A stretch of 64,000 nucleotides of DNA, from the NCBI GenBank assembly GCA_040285855.1, contig JAUFOQ010000003.1, positions 2,294,001 through 2,358,000 on the forward strand. The letters run 5' to 3'. The notes beneath the pieces were generated by a model. That model searched no databases. It was not told the origin of the DNA and saw nothing but the letters and a program-made list of their open reading frames with translations. Made by a program: the position numbers and the translations under genes. This stretch comes from Eukaryota sp. GEM-RC1 (lineage: Eukaryota). Each line of letters starts with the position of its first letter. The first letter of the stretch is position 1. Positions 1 to 12,011 of the stretch are shown here, one piece after another.

Positions 1-234
1 TCTCGATCTTTAATTATGTCAAATGAATCTGAGTAATTCCGAACAAATCCAGTGTGAGGTGATGTTACTTCTGATTGGAAGACAGAATGACCCCCAGTGT
101 GACGTGATCCGAGGGAATCACGACTCCAATCAGAAAGACAATCAGACGCGACCGACTGTCGACGTGACAGCTGACTAATCAGATCATTTGCCTTATCTAA
201 TTGTTCCGTCAGTTGTTGATTGTGATGCAGAAGG

Positions 235-2306
235 TCAGAATAGTCTTTGTCTTTCGAACGACGGTGACGTGGCATCCAGACAACAAGGAGGAACCACGTC
301 ATCATGGGAAAGATCGTTTAGCATCATCGTTGGGGAACTACTGGCGTTGAGCGTTGTGAAAGGCGAGGTCGTACAAAGTAATCGTGAAGAAACAGAAGTT
401 CTAGCAACTCGCTGTTCTTGTGGAGTGACATTGAGAGGTTCTATAGGAGGAGAAGGAAATCTAGGGGAAGGAAATCTAGGGGACGGGGTGAATTCCCTAT
501 CTGTAGAGAAGTCTGATAGGTCATAACAATGGGGATCAAAGACTGGACTAATTGGGCAAGGAAGATCTTGAGTGGTTTCTAAAGGGGATTCATCAGAGGA
601 GGAATATGACTCTGTCACGTAATCTGATTGTTCTGCGGTAGAAACGACTTTGGTATCTGAATTATCAAGACTGAATTCCGACCCTGACACGTCATTTGAT
701 TGATCTTCAGCGGAAACTATTTTGGGATCAGTTTTCTCGACACAAAATTGCGACTGTGACACGTCATCTGATTGATCTTCAGCAGAAACCACATTAGAAT
801 CAACATTAACGACACTAAATTTCGACTCTGACACATCATGTGATTGATCTTCAGCAGAAACTATTTCGGAATCAACATTATCGACACTAAATTTCGACTC
901 TGTCACGTCATCTGATTGATCTTCAGCAGAAACTATTTCGGAATCAACATTATCGACACTAAATTTCGACTCTGTCACGTCATCTGATTGATCTTCAGCA
1001 GAAACTATTTCGGAATCAACATTATCGACACTAAATTTCGACTCTGTCACGTCATCTGATTGATCTTCAGCAGAAACTATTTCGGAATCAACATTATCGA
1101 CACCAAATTTCGACTCTGTCACGTCATCTGATTGCGGGAATACTGGCTGGCTAATTAACTGTTCAAGAAACTCAACACTAGAGCATCCCAAATCTTCAAA
1201 TGAGTCACTTTTCTTAACTGGTAGTACTTTTGATAAATGATTGTTCTGTATCAACTCGTCTTTTAGAGTTAAAACTTTTGTTGAATCGTCATCTTGATTG
1301 CTTTGGAAATTGGCAAGTCTTTTTGGACGAGTTCTTTTCCTAATTCGATTTTCAGAAACATTATTATTCATGAAATTTTTAATTATCATCGCTGCTTGTT
1401 CACTTTCTTCACATTCAAACGTCTTCTGTGCATATGCTACAGCTTTTTCTAGATACTTTTCCCCATCTTCTTTCATATCTTTTGAAGCTAGGTATACTGA
1501 GCGGTCATAAAGGACGTTAGCCAAATGGGCGTAGAACCAGGCATCAGATTGATCTGATTGAGATTGAGAGATGGTATCAAAAGCATCAGAGAAAGAGTCA
1601 GATTTAATCTGGAGCTTCAACCAGTGTGGCAGAGCAGCAGGATGGTGCTCAATGATGTGACTAAAAACATCTAATCCAGCCTTGTCCTTCATGTATTTAG
1701 AGAAATAGTCTGATAAATTGACAAAAACAGGATGGTTTGAGTTGATGGGAGAAATTGAGAGAAGTTGGGTGAGTGAAGATAGAAGGATTGGAATGGTTTC
1801 TTCTTCAAAGCTAGGCTCGTAATGAATAGTGACGTTAGAAGGCAAGACGTGCCGGCAAAAGAGGAGATCCTAGTCTCATTCCAGAGAGTCTCATCACACT
1901 TCTCTACTTCTTCATTTGAGTGGACGTCGATGAAGGAGATGGTAGGGGATCCTGTTTCGAGACTGTGCACACGGAGATCTGTTTGGGAGATAGGATTGTA
2001 AGAAGCAATTGTAGCAGAGATTACTTGCATATCCTTGTGGTGTGACTCGCTCTCTTTAAGTAAAGTATGGATGTGAAAGAAGATAGCTCCTTCGTCTATT
2101 TCAAACCCACTCAGAGTTTGCCAAAAGAGGACAACGGGGTGAGGACTATCGGACGATCTACTGAGTATGCTTTTTTTGGTATGTTGTTTTTCAATAATGG
2201 CTATGTCTTGGGTTCCAAGTCCACGAGAATCTACAAGTTGCTGGCTTCTGGATGAAAGAAACTCATGAAGACTACATGATTCTTGAATAGTAGAGTGTGA
2301 GATCAT
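235..2306 (-). CDS. Orphan protein with short TPR-like helical segment, 24-aa acidic tandem repeats and Pro/Ser-rich tail (two ORFs probably joined by a frameshift near 1850)
   Basis: ORFs 1689..2306 and 235..1845 overlap on the same strand; contains repeats QSDDVTESKFSVDNVDSEIVSAED; no recognisable family. Confidence 0.5.
600..1135. repeat. 72-bp coding tandem repeat (~7 units, several near-identical)
   Basis: Recurring unit gactctgtcacgtcatctgattgatcttcagcagaaactatttcggaatcaacattatcgacactaaatttc. Confidence 0.9.
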
Positions 2307-2579
2307 AGGGGAAACGATTGTTGTGTGTGGACCAATGACAAACGTCTAGGCTCCTTTTCACACAAATTTCCTTGTTGTGTAACACAAGATGATTTGCTAC
2401 AACTCTGCTGGTTTGCTACAACTCTGATCGTGTAATACACTGCTGTGTCTTCAGTCATTTTTGACTGCATTTTTCAATTCTATCAGATGCTATCTGGAAT
2501 GAGACTAAGGTCAACGACATCAAGTCCATGAAGCTTCATTCATCAGAAGACACAAAGACACCAAGTTATAACTACATGT

Positions 2580-2879
2580 ACAACATTTGTAATGACAACA
2601 TTTGGTGATACAACATTTGTAACTACAACATTTGTAACTACAACATTTGGTGATACAACATTTGGTGATACAACATTTGGTGATACAACATTTGTAACTA
2701 CAACATTTGGTGATACAACATTTGGTGATACAACATTTGTAACTACAACATTTGTAACTACAACATTTGGTGATACAACATTTGGTGATACAACATTTGT
2801 AACTACAACATTTGTAACTACAACATTTGGTGATACAACATTTGTAACTACAACATTTGTAACTACAACATTTGTAATG
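2580..2879. repeat. 15-bp minisatellite, 20 units, two main variants (ACAACATTTGGTGAT / ACAACATTTGTAACT)
   Basis: Read directly; open on both strands (TTFGD/TTFVT and NVVSP/NVVVT). Confidence 0.95.
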
Positions 2880-2964
2880 AAAGTGTCGTATGTGTAATGA
2901 ATTGTTGACCTAGACATTGATATTTTTTTTAAACACAACCAATAAAATATACAACCTCAGTTTA

Positions 2965-3381
2965 TCAAACTTTACTAACACTACTATATCCCCCCATCAC
3001 CCTCGCAAACATCACAGCCAACGAAAACGACTCCTTATATCCAATCCCACAACAATACTCACACATCACTTCACGAAATTCATCCAATATTCCCAAACAA
3101 TGTTCATCACACATCACTTCATCATTTAAATCTAATATCGACACAACAAAAGTATTGGTCAACGACAACACATTAAAGTACTTGTCCCTATCATTCAAAT
3201 GAAAACTCAAAATTTTGGCCATTATTAAATTTAAATCTTTTAACAACTGAAGTTTCAATTTCATATTTGGAAGACAATCTGATGTTGTATCATTTTGGTT
3301 CCAGTGCAGTGGTACAATATTGTGGACAATTGTGAGAACCTTTGTTTCTGTCTGCATTCCAATACTATGAGTATTGTTCAA
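2965..3381 (-). CDS. Hypothetical protein (orphan)
   Basis: 138-aa ORF directly downstream of and co-oriented with Pif1; no motifs recognised. Confidence 0.3.
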   Translation of the reverse strand: MNNTHSIGMQTETKVLTIVHNIVPLHWNQNDTTSDCLPNMKLKLQLLKDLNLIMAKILSFHLNDRDKYFNVLSLTNTFVVSILDLNDEVMCDEHCLGILDEFREVMCEYCCGIGYKESFSLAVMFARVMGGYSSVSKV

Positions 3382-3419
3382 GTTGTTTTCAAAGTCTGTC
3401 TGAAGACCAAGTGAATTTG

Positions 3420-5417
3420 TTATTCTGTTGATAGATTCAGTGTCCTCATGATCTGTAACCTTTTTGATAATTTCAAACTAGGTAAATTCGAATTTGGTTT
3501 GAGAGTATTTCGAGACAATAGATTTGGTCTCAATTTAGGCAAAGTAGTAACTGTTGTTTTTTTCAGTTTTGGCACAGGTTTGTGAAAAATTAAATCAGAA
3601 TTGATGGCACTTATACTTTGATTATTGAAACACTCATCGTCATCATTCACAACAAAATCATTCATACTAGACGACGCATCGTCATCATCATCAGTTTCAT
3701 CATCTCCACTATCACTTCCAGAGACAACAACTTCATTATCGAATAATTCTAAAACTGAATCAGAAGTGGTATTCAAATTTTGAATTTTTGGAACATCTTC
3801 CACCAAATCTTCCTCAATTTCTTCATTGACTGGATCAAGAACATCAACAGTTTCCATACTTTCACCAACAATAGAAATAATATTGGACGAAAATTCATCA
3901 AAAGTTTTCAACACAGAAGGCCAATTTCTAACAATTCTTTCATCTTCTAATGGCAAAGGATAAAGAGGTTTAGTAACTGGTCGACAGGGGTGAAAAGTGG
4001 AATAATACCACTGATAAAGATCAATTCTTGGTTTGGGAAATCTAGAAGAAATATCTAAAATTTTAATTGAGTTCCAGTTCTTCACCCTACTCAATGTAAC
4101 GTACAATTGGGCATATTCCCAAAAATTTAATGAAACTTCAATTCCTTCAATTGTTAGTCCCTGAGATCTATGGACTGTTATTGCCCAACAAGGACGAAGA
4201 GGATATTGCAATCGGGATGCTATAATTACAGGCTTTTTCTTCTCATTCAACACCTCAATTTCAAATTTAGTCGGAATAATTTTAATTGGTTCCTCGTCCC
4301 TCCCGAATCTTACATTAATGAAATGTGAAGTTTCTGAAAAATCAATAATTTTGCCTTTTGACCCATTTACTAGGCCCAGATCTGGTTTGTTTTGGGTAAA
4401 CATTACCAAACCCCCGACGACACAGTGAAATTTTTGTTCGGCAAAATCGTTTAGCCTACTTGATAATTTTTTTACATTTAAATTAACAGCCTTTTCCATT
4501 TGTTCCTCATTAGGCTTACCAAATGCCCAACTTTTAACAATTTCTGATTTAATTAAGTTTTCATTGAACTTATCGAGGGAATGAAATTCAACATTTTCAT
4601 TCCCTTGTTCACATAATAATTCAAATTGCTTTAAATTTTCGTCGGCGACATCCTTGTTTCTAGCAAATAATTTGGTTGGACTTTCAATATTTTTGGCTAA
4701 TGACTTATGTTTCAATAAAATATGTTTCATATAGTCATCAAAAAGTCCGAGACGTAGTTCATTCAAAAAATTATAAAAATTGACATCATTTTGTTGGCGG
4801 ATACTTCCAGATAATTCAATAAAATTTAAATTCAAGTCCTTCCAAGACTGTGATGAAAACGTAAAGTCTGAAAGTTGAACGACACTACGCGTGTTTGAGT
4901 CAGACTTTACAATTGGTGCAAGTTGCAAAAAATCACCAAAAATTACAACTTGAAGTCCACCAAATGGTAACTGAGACTTTAGTAAATCTTTAAATATATC
5001 AGATGCTCTGTTGAATAGTTCAGCAGTCAACATTGAAATTTCATCAATAACAAGCATTGAATTTCGGGCACTAATAGTTCGTAAAACAGACTTAACACTT
5101 GAAGGCATAGAGCGAATGACATCAGATATTGGTTTTTCATTACGGATAAAATTATAACCAAAGAGAGAGTGTAGGGTTTGACCACCAAAGACAGTGGAAG
5201 CAACACCAGTAGTAGCAGTAAAAAAGACATGGCCATTGGGTCTCATTAGCTTGGAACCCGCATTAGACCACCACTGTTTAAGACAGTACAGTAGGTAAGA
5301 CTTGCCCGATCCGGCACCACCAGTAATGAAGAAATTTCGACGCTTAGAAGGTCTTGCATGAGTAATAGCTTGGAACACTTGAGCCTGTTCGTCTGTAAGT
5401 GTGTTGATAATGGACAT
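3420..5417 (-). CDS. PIF1: Pif1-family SF1B 5'-3' DNA helicase with acidic/basic C-terminal tail
   Basis: ITGGAGSGKS (Walker A), TATTGVAS, GQTLHS, VIDEISM, PFGGLQVVIFGDFLQLAPI, LVNGSKG, QYPLRPCWAITVHRSQGLT, QLYVTLSRV. Confidence 0.93.
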   Translation of the reverse strand: MSIINTLTDEQAQVFQAITHARPSKRRNFFITGGAGSGKSYLLYCLKQWWSNAGSKLMRPNGHVFFTATTGVASTVFGGQTLHSLFGYNFIRNEKPISDVIRSMPSSVKSVLRTISARNSMLVIDEISMLTAELFNRASDIFKDLLKSQLPFGGLQVVIFGDFLQLAPIVKSDSNTRSVVQLSDFTFSSQSWKDLNLNFIELSGSIRQQNDVNFYNFLNELRLGLFDDYMKHILLKHKSLAKNIESPTKLFARNKDVADENLKQFELLCEQGNENVEFHSLDKFNENLIKSEIVKSWAFGKPNEEQMEKAVNLNVKKLSSRLNDFAEQKFHCVVGGLVMFTQNKPDLGLVNGSKGKIIDFSETSHFINVRFGRDEEPIKIIPTKFEIEVLNEKKKPVIIASRLQYPLRPCWAITVHRSQGLTIEGIEVSLNFWEYAQLYVTLSRVKNWNSIKILDISSRFPKPRIDLYQWYYSTFHPCRPVTKPLYPLPLEDERIVRNWPSVLKTFDEFSSNIISIVGESMETVDVLDPVNEEIEEDLVEDVPKIQNLNTTSDSVLELFDNEVVVSGSDSGDDETDDDDDASSSMNDFVVNDDDECFNNQSISAINSDLIFHKPVPKLKKTTVTTLPKLRPNLLSRNTLKPNSNLPSLKLSKRLQIMRTLNLSTE

Positions 5418-5871
5418 TGAGTGTGTGAAGTGGTGATGTTTAAGATGCAGATTGTGCAGGGAAACTTTCCTTTCACTATAATTTATATATCTACCTCCAC
5501 TTTATGGAAAATGCTGGTCGTGTATAATTCTTAGAAGCTTGTTCTATCATGATGAGCTTTCTATCGTCTCATATGTCAAATTATATGTCTATGTAAAACG
5601 TGATGTTGGTGCTGAGATTGAGCTTGATGACAAGCAATGTTTCTTGTCCTTGGACTACTTTCGAGCACTTCAATACATATCCGAGTCTTTTAAAGTCACG
5701 CCCTTGATCTTACAAATCAAACATGAGATCTCTCTCCTAGCCCTCGTTGATGCCATTCTATCTGAAGACAAGGTATCTTCTGCTTCTGTTTCACTAAATC
5801 CAAGGTAATTCCTCCTCCTCCCTACACAGCTGATGTTCCTCGTAGAAGTAGAACACCCCGATTTGTGTTCT

Positions 5872-6675
5872 CTATATGTCGAATGTAATCTCCTTATTGC
5901 TATTTGTTATAAAATACAACTGTTCTTTATACTTAAGCAATGAATCAATGAAACTCACAAACTCCTTGTCACAATCTGCATCACATTCACAAATCTCATT
6001 CACATCAAACAAGTTGAACAACGAAGACACCCTTCTAACAACAACGGACATTTCAATAAACTCCTCATCTTGACTGTTCTCACACATAAGTATTATATCT
6101 GTCAATGTTTCAGAACATCCTGTAAACTCTTGGAATACTTCAGTAAGTAACAATTCCCTACATTCATCACCATTCAAGGATAGTAGCAAAACTGTCAATA
6201 CTTTAACTAGACACTGTCGATCATTAATACTCCAAAGAAATTCGGAAATATCATTGAGAAACAATATTCTTTCACACTTTGTGATCAACAACGTGTTATA
6301 CATTGCTTGTAAAGAATTTGCAAGTACAAATAACAGGACAGAAAAACAATTTAGCATTCCCTCAACATCTACACTACTACAACAACAACAAACAATTTTG
6401 AATACCACGTTCCACAATGGAATCGACGGCATTGTCTTACATTTCGCTAGTATATGTGAGCAGATTGAAAGTAAAGGAGATAAAGAAGTTAAGTCATCTT
6501 CAGGATTTGGATGAAAGCTCATACGATGTATGTGAGACAAAAGTGATGTCAATTTGTCAAGAGAGTTAAGTTCTCCTATGGCCATGCATTTGATACACCC
6601 ACATGCTTGTATTTGTTGAATGAGATATGTTTCAAAGAATGTTGCCAAACAATCTTGTAAGATATTGTTGGTCAT
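5872..6675 (-). CDS. Hypothetical Cys/Leu-rich helical protein
   Basis: 267-aa ATG-initiated ORF; no family recognised. Confidence 0.45.
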   Translation of the reverse strand: MTNNILQDCLATFFETYLIQQIQACGCIKCMAIGELNSLDKLTSLLSHIHRMSFHPNPEDDLTSLSPLLSICSHILAKCKTMPSIPLWNVVFKIVCCCCSSVDVEGMLNCFSVLLFVLANSLQAMYNTLLITKCERILFLNDISEFLWSINDRQCLVKVLTVLLLSLNGDECRELLLTEVFQEFTGCSETLTDIILMCENSQDEEFIEMSVVVRRVSSLFNLFDVNEICECDADCDKEFVSFIDSLLKYKEQLYFITNSNKEITFDI

Positions 6676-6768
6676 TGAATTGATAGTGAAGGAAAATATT
6701 TTTCCGGCAAAAATCCAATGTCAGTTGTATGTCTTTATTCACTCTCATTTCAGTCTTCAGATCATGCA

Positions 6769-7987
6769 ACGTCTATGTCTGTCAATTATAACAAGAAACG
6801 ACGCTCTAACGCTTTCCGAAGAAAGAATATGAACAAGCACCAGGATGTCTATAACGTCTTTAGTTATACATCGACAAAGGTGGATGGTAAAAGTGTTCAG
6901 CTCGGTCCCAATGGGGATTATATTCTAATTTCACGACCTCGTGATAATTCAACCGATGGACTTTCTATAAGTACCAACAATGATGAATTCCTCTCAGACT
7001 TGGTACAGTCTAAGGAAGACTTTTTGAGAATATTGTTCACTTTATTAATTCTAGAACTCAATATTTAGCTTCCCAAGGCGCAAAAGTACCAGACATTTCT
7101 TCACGTTTTAAGAAAGTGTATGGTATAAATCCTGAAGAAAACGAAGATCTTACTGAGTTTTATTCAATTGCTCCTAATGTTATTCATGAAAGAACTCATA
7201 TTGTTAAGAAAAAGAATAAGTACCTTAAAGAAGCTAATGTTGTTAGCAAAGAAGCCACAACTCCAGAACCTCTCACAAAGTCCTCTCGTAACTCTCCCGT
7301 CGAATCCGCTCCTTCTACTCCTACTGAAAACAATGAAATTCAATCCTCCCTAGGATCACTTGTTTCCAAGACTTTGGGACATCAGTGTGGAAAGGAAAAG
7401 CCTATCTCAGGCAGCGATAAGAGAAAGAAGTTAGAGATAAAGAAGTTAAATGTAGGACCTGTTTTGCAGAAACAACTGGCAAGTAGAACAAAATAAAGAA
7501 GATGTTGTTTATTGAATGAGATAAGTGTGCATGGTCTAGTATAGGACTCGAAGATGTGAAGTGAAGTCTAAGGTCTAGGTTCACTTTTCTTTCATACATG
7601 AATCCACTGATCTAATTCTAGATAACTGAACCTCAACCTAAGAAGATTGTTGACGTTGACAGCGTTGTCAAGACTGGTCATGAGGCAGTGACTACTCTTT
7701 TAGCAAACTCTAAGCATTCACTTGACGAGAAGGAACTTGAACTCATCTTTAGTGCAGTTGCTTCCGCCCTTCGTGAACCCCAGTAATTGAAAGAGCTATT
7801 CGAATTGCTGGTGATACTACTCGTGATACTGCTAGCCTCATACACCATATGCGATTTAAAACTCATCTTTAGTGCAGTTGCTTCCGCCCTTCGTGAAACC
7901 ACCACCCCAGTAATTGAAAGAGCTATTCGAATTGCTGGTGATACTACTCGTGATACTGCTAGCCTCATACACCATATGCGATTTAAA
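6769..7987 (+). CDS. Probable multi-exon hypothetical gene, possibly the 5' part of the helicase-derived gene downstream
   Basis: Co-oriented ORF pieces (6718..7068, 7116..7496, ~7620-7987) separated by short GT..TAG intron-like segments; exon structure uncertain. Confidence 0.3.
7741..7987. repeat. ~120-bp direct tandem duplication
   Basis: actcatctttagtgcagttgcttccgcc...caccatatgcgatttaaa occurs at 7741-7860 and 7861-7987, differing by a small indel. Confidence 0.9.
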
Positions 7988-8025
7988 TTTGTTTTTATAG
8001 ATCATTATTGTAGTTTTTGATGCAG

Positions 8026-11000
8026 ATGACCTTCTCGACACTCATCATTGCTCCATTGCTTCTTTGGACCAGCGCTCTGGTCGTGCTGGAAGAAATTCTC
8101 CTGGACTTTCGTTACGTCTTGTGCAGACAAACTTATATCCGAATGGAACTTCGAGATTGCATTACGACGAACCAGAAATTCTAAATTGTTCGTTGATTGA
8201 GCCATTGTTAACAATCAAACAGATCGCTGAAAATCCTCAATTTTTAATCAGTAATCGTCCAAATCCCCCTGAATTTTTTTATCAGTCAACTGCCTGATGT
8301 TCCTTCTAGCGAGAACATCATGTCTTCGGTTGATGTTCTTTTCCGCACTAATGTTCTTTCAAAAAACCAACTAAATTCTCCCCTTACTTATCTCGGAAAG
8401 ATTTGCACCAATGCCAATATTTCATTCTACAACTTCAAGTTTTTATTTTTCTGTTTAACAAACAATTACCTGTGTCCTGGATTGATTCTTCTTGCGGGTA
8501 TCAATTCTATGTCGTTCATTCGTTGCTCTCGTACAACTTTTATGTCATTTTACGATTTGTATACCTTTTCACAATCGATTCCTTTACTCAAACAACTCTC
8601 TACTATTGAAGAATCTAAAGTTGTACGTTCAGACATGTTTTTCAAATTATCCTTGGTTCATTACATTTTATGTGGCGAATTTATTAAAAATCTGGATATT
8701 GTCCCAACACGTGATCAAACCCTTAATGATCAAGCCCTTAAGAATTTATCTAAATTAGTTTTTTTGAAAAAACTAGAGCGATATTTAAATGAACTAAGAT
8801 CTTTAGTTTCACGTTTCGTGGATATGGAAGATTCTAATACTCATCTCAAAAATCAATTAATATCATTGGAAGGCATTGCTCTAAAACTTGTCAATTTCAT
8901 ATCAAATCCTTCTGAAGTTACACTCAATAAGTTTCGAAATGAATCAACAATCTTCTCTTCTCTTTTGAATCTCCAAATTCAACGACGTCTCTCTTTCAAG
9001 CCATTGTGGCTTCTTATCCCAATAAGTCATTCCATTCAACTGTAGTAGACAATTCATTCTCAGTTAGGTTGAAGTTGGAAGGTTATGTCAATGGAAAAAA
9101 TTTAACAGCTTTATAAAGAAATTGTTTGATGAACAAAAAATTGTCAAATCTTCCAAATCTCTAAAAGTTAATGACAGTGATGATGACAGTACTCGTTCAG
9201 AGACATTATGTTCAAAAGTTAAAATTACTTCAGATCTAGCTCCAGGTGAAACCGAAAGCACTGTTGTTATGTTGCATTCAGAGAATACAACTGAAATTGA
9301 AAATCTACTGTTTGTCAACAAGTGCCGTGGAACTCTTGATTCATTAAAAAATTTTCTCTTACGTTCCATCTTGATTGGTATAGATTCATTATCAAATCAC
9401 GATTCAATTTATCAATGGCATTGAAAGTTGTCAATGACCCAGAATTTTGGAACATGTACAACCAATTGTTACAGTGGGGTAATATCGTACATTTGCATAT
9501 ACCAAGAAATTCTATTAAATTAACTTTCGACATTATGTCAAGTCCTTGTAGTGATTTGACTCAATACACTCGTATTGATAATGAGTGGTCCAAGGAAGTT
9601 AAATGTGCCAAATCACTGTTCCCTGTACCTACAGATCTAGGTTATCATAATGGTATTTCTGTTGGTGATAAGTTTCCACAATTCTTGTCTCATATTCCTT
9701 CTTCTTTTCAATACTTGTTCATCGTATGGCTCATGAACTTCAATATCAATTTGGTTTCGGAAATGGCAAAGCCATCTATCAAGGTTGGTACACCAATGCA
9801 TTGTCAAGATTCGAGGTTCAAACAATTAATTGCATACAGTAATGAGCTGGATATTCATGGATCTTTTGAGGTAAAACGTGTCTGGAATGTTTACTGGCCT
9901 TATCATGAGTTACCAATCGAATCCACCTTTGGATGTATCAATCGATTACGTATTTTGGTATATTTAACGGAACAAGGTGAGGTTCCCATAACTGTGTTGA
10001 AATCGTGGTATGACAACATTATTATTCTTGATTTCAACTTACTGAAAAGTAACAGTCCACCAGTTACCGTGGATTATGTGAATGGAAGGAAACATCATTT
10101 CCAGTTACTAAATTTCCAAGTCAATGATGAACAGGACCTGTTGATGTGCTTTGATCCTGCGTGTCCTTTATGTGCATCATCATGTACTACACTTAATGAA
10201 GTAGTAAATTCTGAAATTACCTTAGCCCAACACAAGGTTGAAGAACCTATGATCCCCGAAAACGCTGACCTTCCTGAACCCATGATTAGTGAAACTACTG
10301 CATTGCCCCAGTCACCAGTAGCTACAAGTACTTTGGATTTGTCATCTTGGACTAAGTCGTATTGTACTGCCTCTTCTCATACTGCTAAATATTTAGGACA
10401 AAATGTTCAAATCTTAAATTTTACACGTGAAGAAATGAGAACTTTCTATGTTGTTTTTTCATTTGAATCAAAAATTGCCATTGGAACGTTGAATATAGAC
10501 AACGACGTTGTCGAAACTCTCCATACAGAATTTTTTTCTGCTATTACTCCTACTCCTACTCCTACTCCTGTGTTGAATGTTACATTACGATTTGTAGTCT
10601 ACAACATTGATAAAGAACTCCGAAGGTTCAGTCGCAGTATTGATGATGATAGACCACAGTGTAAACCATTTGACAATCAATTGACTATGTTTGCACTTCA
10701 TCATCAATTGCTTTACCAGGCCATACTGATTGCTTTTGAAGGGCCCATATTTATGATTCAATACAAGCCAAAAACAGACAAACGAAAGACTATTCGACAA
10801 GTATTACCGTTGCCGTTGGCCAGAGACAGTTTTGATTCTCAATGTATTGACATGGCTGCTGCAAAAATTGTTTTGTTGTCGCAACGAAGACTCTGTTGTT
10901 GATCATTTTTGTGCAGGAAGATGAAAAAATTGTGTTAATTGTTCAGAATTATCAACATTAATGGATTTAAACATGTCTGAAATTGATCGTGACGAAGAAT

Positions 11001-12011
11001 TCAAAAGTTTGAAGTGCTATGACGATTTCGTTCTAGTTGTCGGCACTTGTTCCATCCGAAAGTTAGACTTGTATGAAAGGGAGCTGCTTGGTGAACAACC
11101 TGTATGGGAATTTTGCTCCTGTCACAAAGATGACAGAATTATAGATGCAGTGTATGTTAAGCATTATGACACAATAATGTACATCACGGAATTTGGGTTC
11201 TGTGTTGGTTTCGGTTTGAAACTACCAAAGAAACAGATTCAATTTATTATTGATTGTTCAAGTGGTGAGTTAACAGGTCAACTGTTAAAAATCGATTTTT
11301 GCAATGATTTAAATTCTTTCATTGTTCTGAAAAGGATGGAACACTGTTAATGCTTTCAGCATTATCTGTGATTGGTATTTCTGGTGTACCATTAGAAGTT
11401 CATGATGTTCGCTCTTGTGATTCAAAAAATATTTACGAACAACGAAGTCTTGAACTACATGCTTTAACTGTTCAATCGACTCAACAAGTTCAACAAGTTG
11501 AGATTCCTGTTGTTGAAGAAAGTGCTCATCCCATCGACATTGATACGACGAAAAGACTTCAGTTTCTTTCATCTAGATGGAGTGTTGATGAAAAAATCAA
11601 CAAGGTGAAGCATTTGTTGACTATATTTGAGTTACAAAAGTTGTAATTACAACTGATTCAGTTGAAAAAGTAAGGAAACTTTCAAGGCTTGTTTCTGAGG
11701 TTGCTTTTAAAGTTGTGACACTAGAGGGTGGAAAACCACGAAAGATTACATCAAGTCTGAAAATATTCGATGAACAGACTGATCCTGTTTTATTGATCAG
11801 TACTACTCAATTAGCGGTTAACCATTCTGTTCGGGCTGATCTTTGTATAATCTTTGATCTGCCAAATGATGCCAGACATGTTTACAATTTGTATGAACAT
11901 AATCAAAAAATCGTTGTCTTTTACGATTCTATCCGTGATAAGGACAAAAAGCAAAATTTGGAAAAACACTTCTTTAGACCCTCAGGATTGCAATCACTTG
12001 ATTTTATATAG
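8026..12011 (+). CDS. Large degenerate helicase-derived gene(s): DEAH-box motif VI + HA2-like region, unknown middle, beta-rich segment, degenerate DEAD-box C-terminal RecA2-like segment
   Basis: QRSGRAGRNSPGLSLRL...PEILNCSL (DEAH motif VI region); LTYLGKICTNANIS...CPGLILLAGI (HA2-like); VLLISTTQLA...DLCIIFDLP (DEAD HelicC-like, motif VI lost); consecutive + ORFs linked by short introns or frameshifts. Confidence 0.5.

Noticed and set aside
188..526. Antisense and shadow ORFs (e.g. 188..526, 30195..30599, 49198..49716, 43827..44186)
   Set aside because: They overlap better-supported genes on the opposite strand and have no motifs.
2580..2879. CRISPR-like array
   Set aside because: Contiguous 15-bp units with no unique spacers; eukaryotic context; no cas genes.
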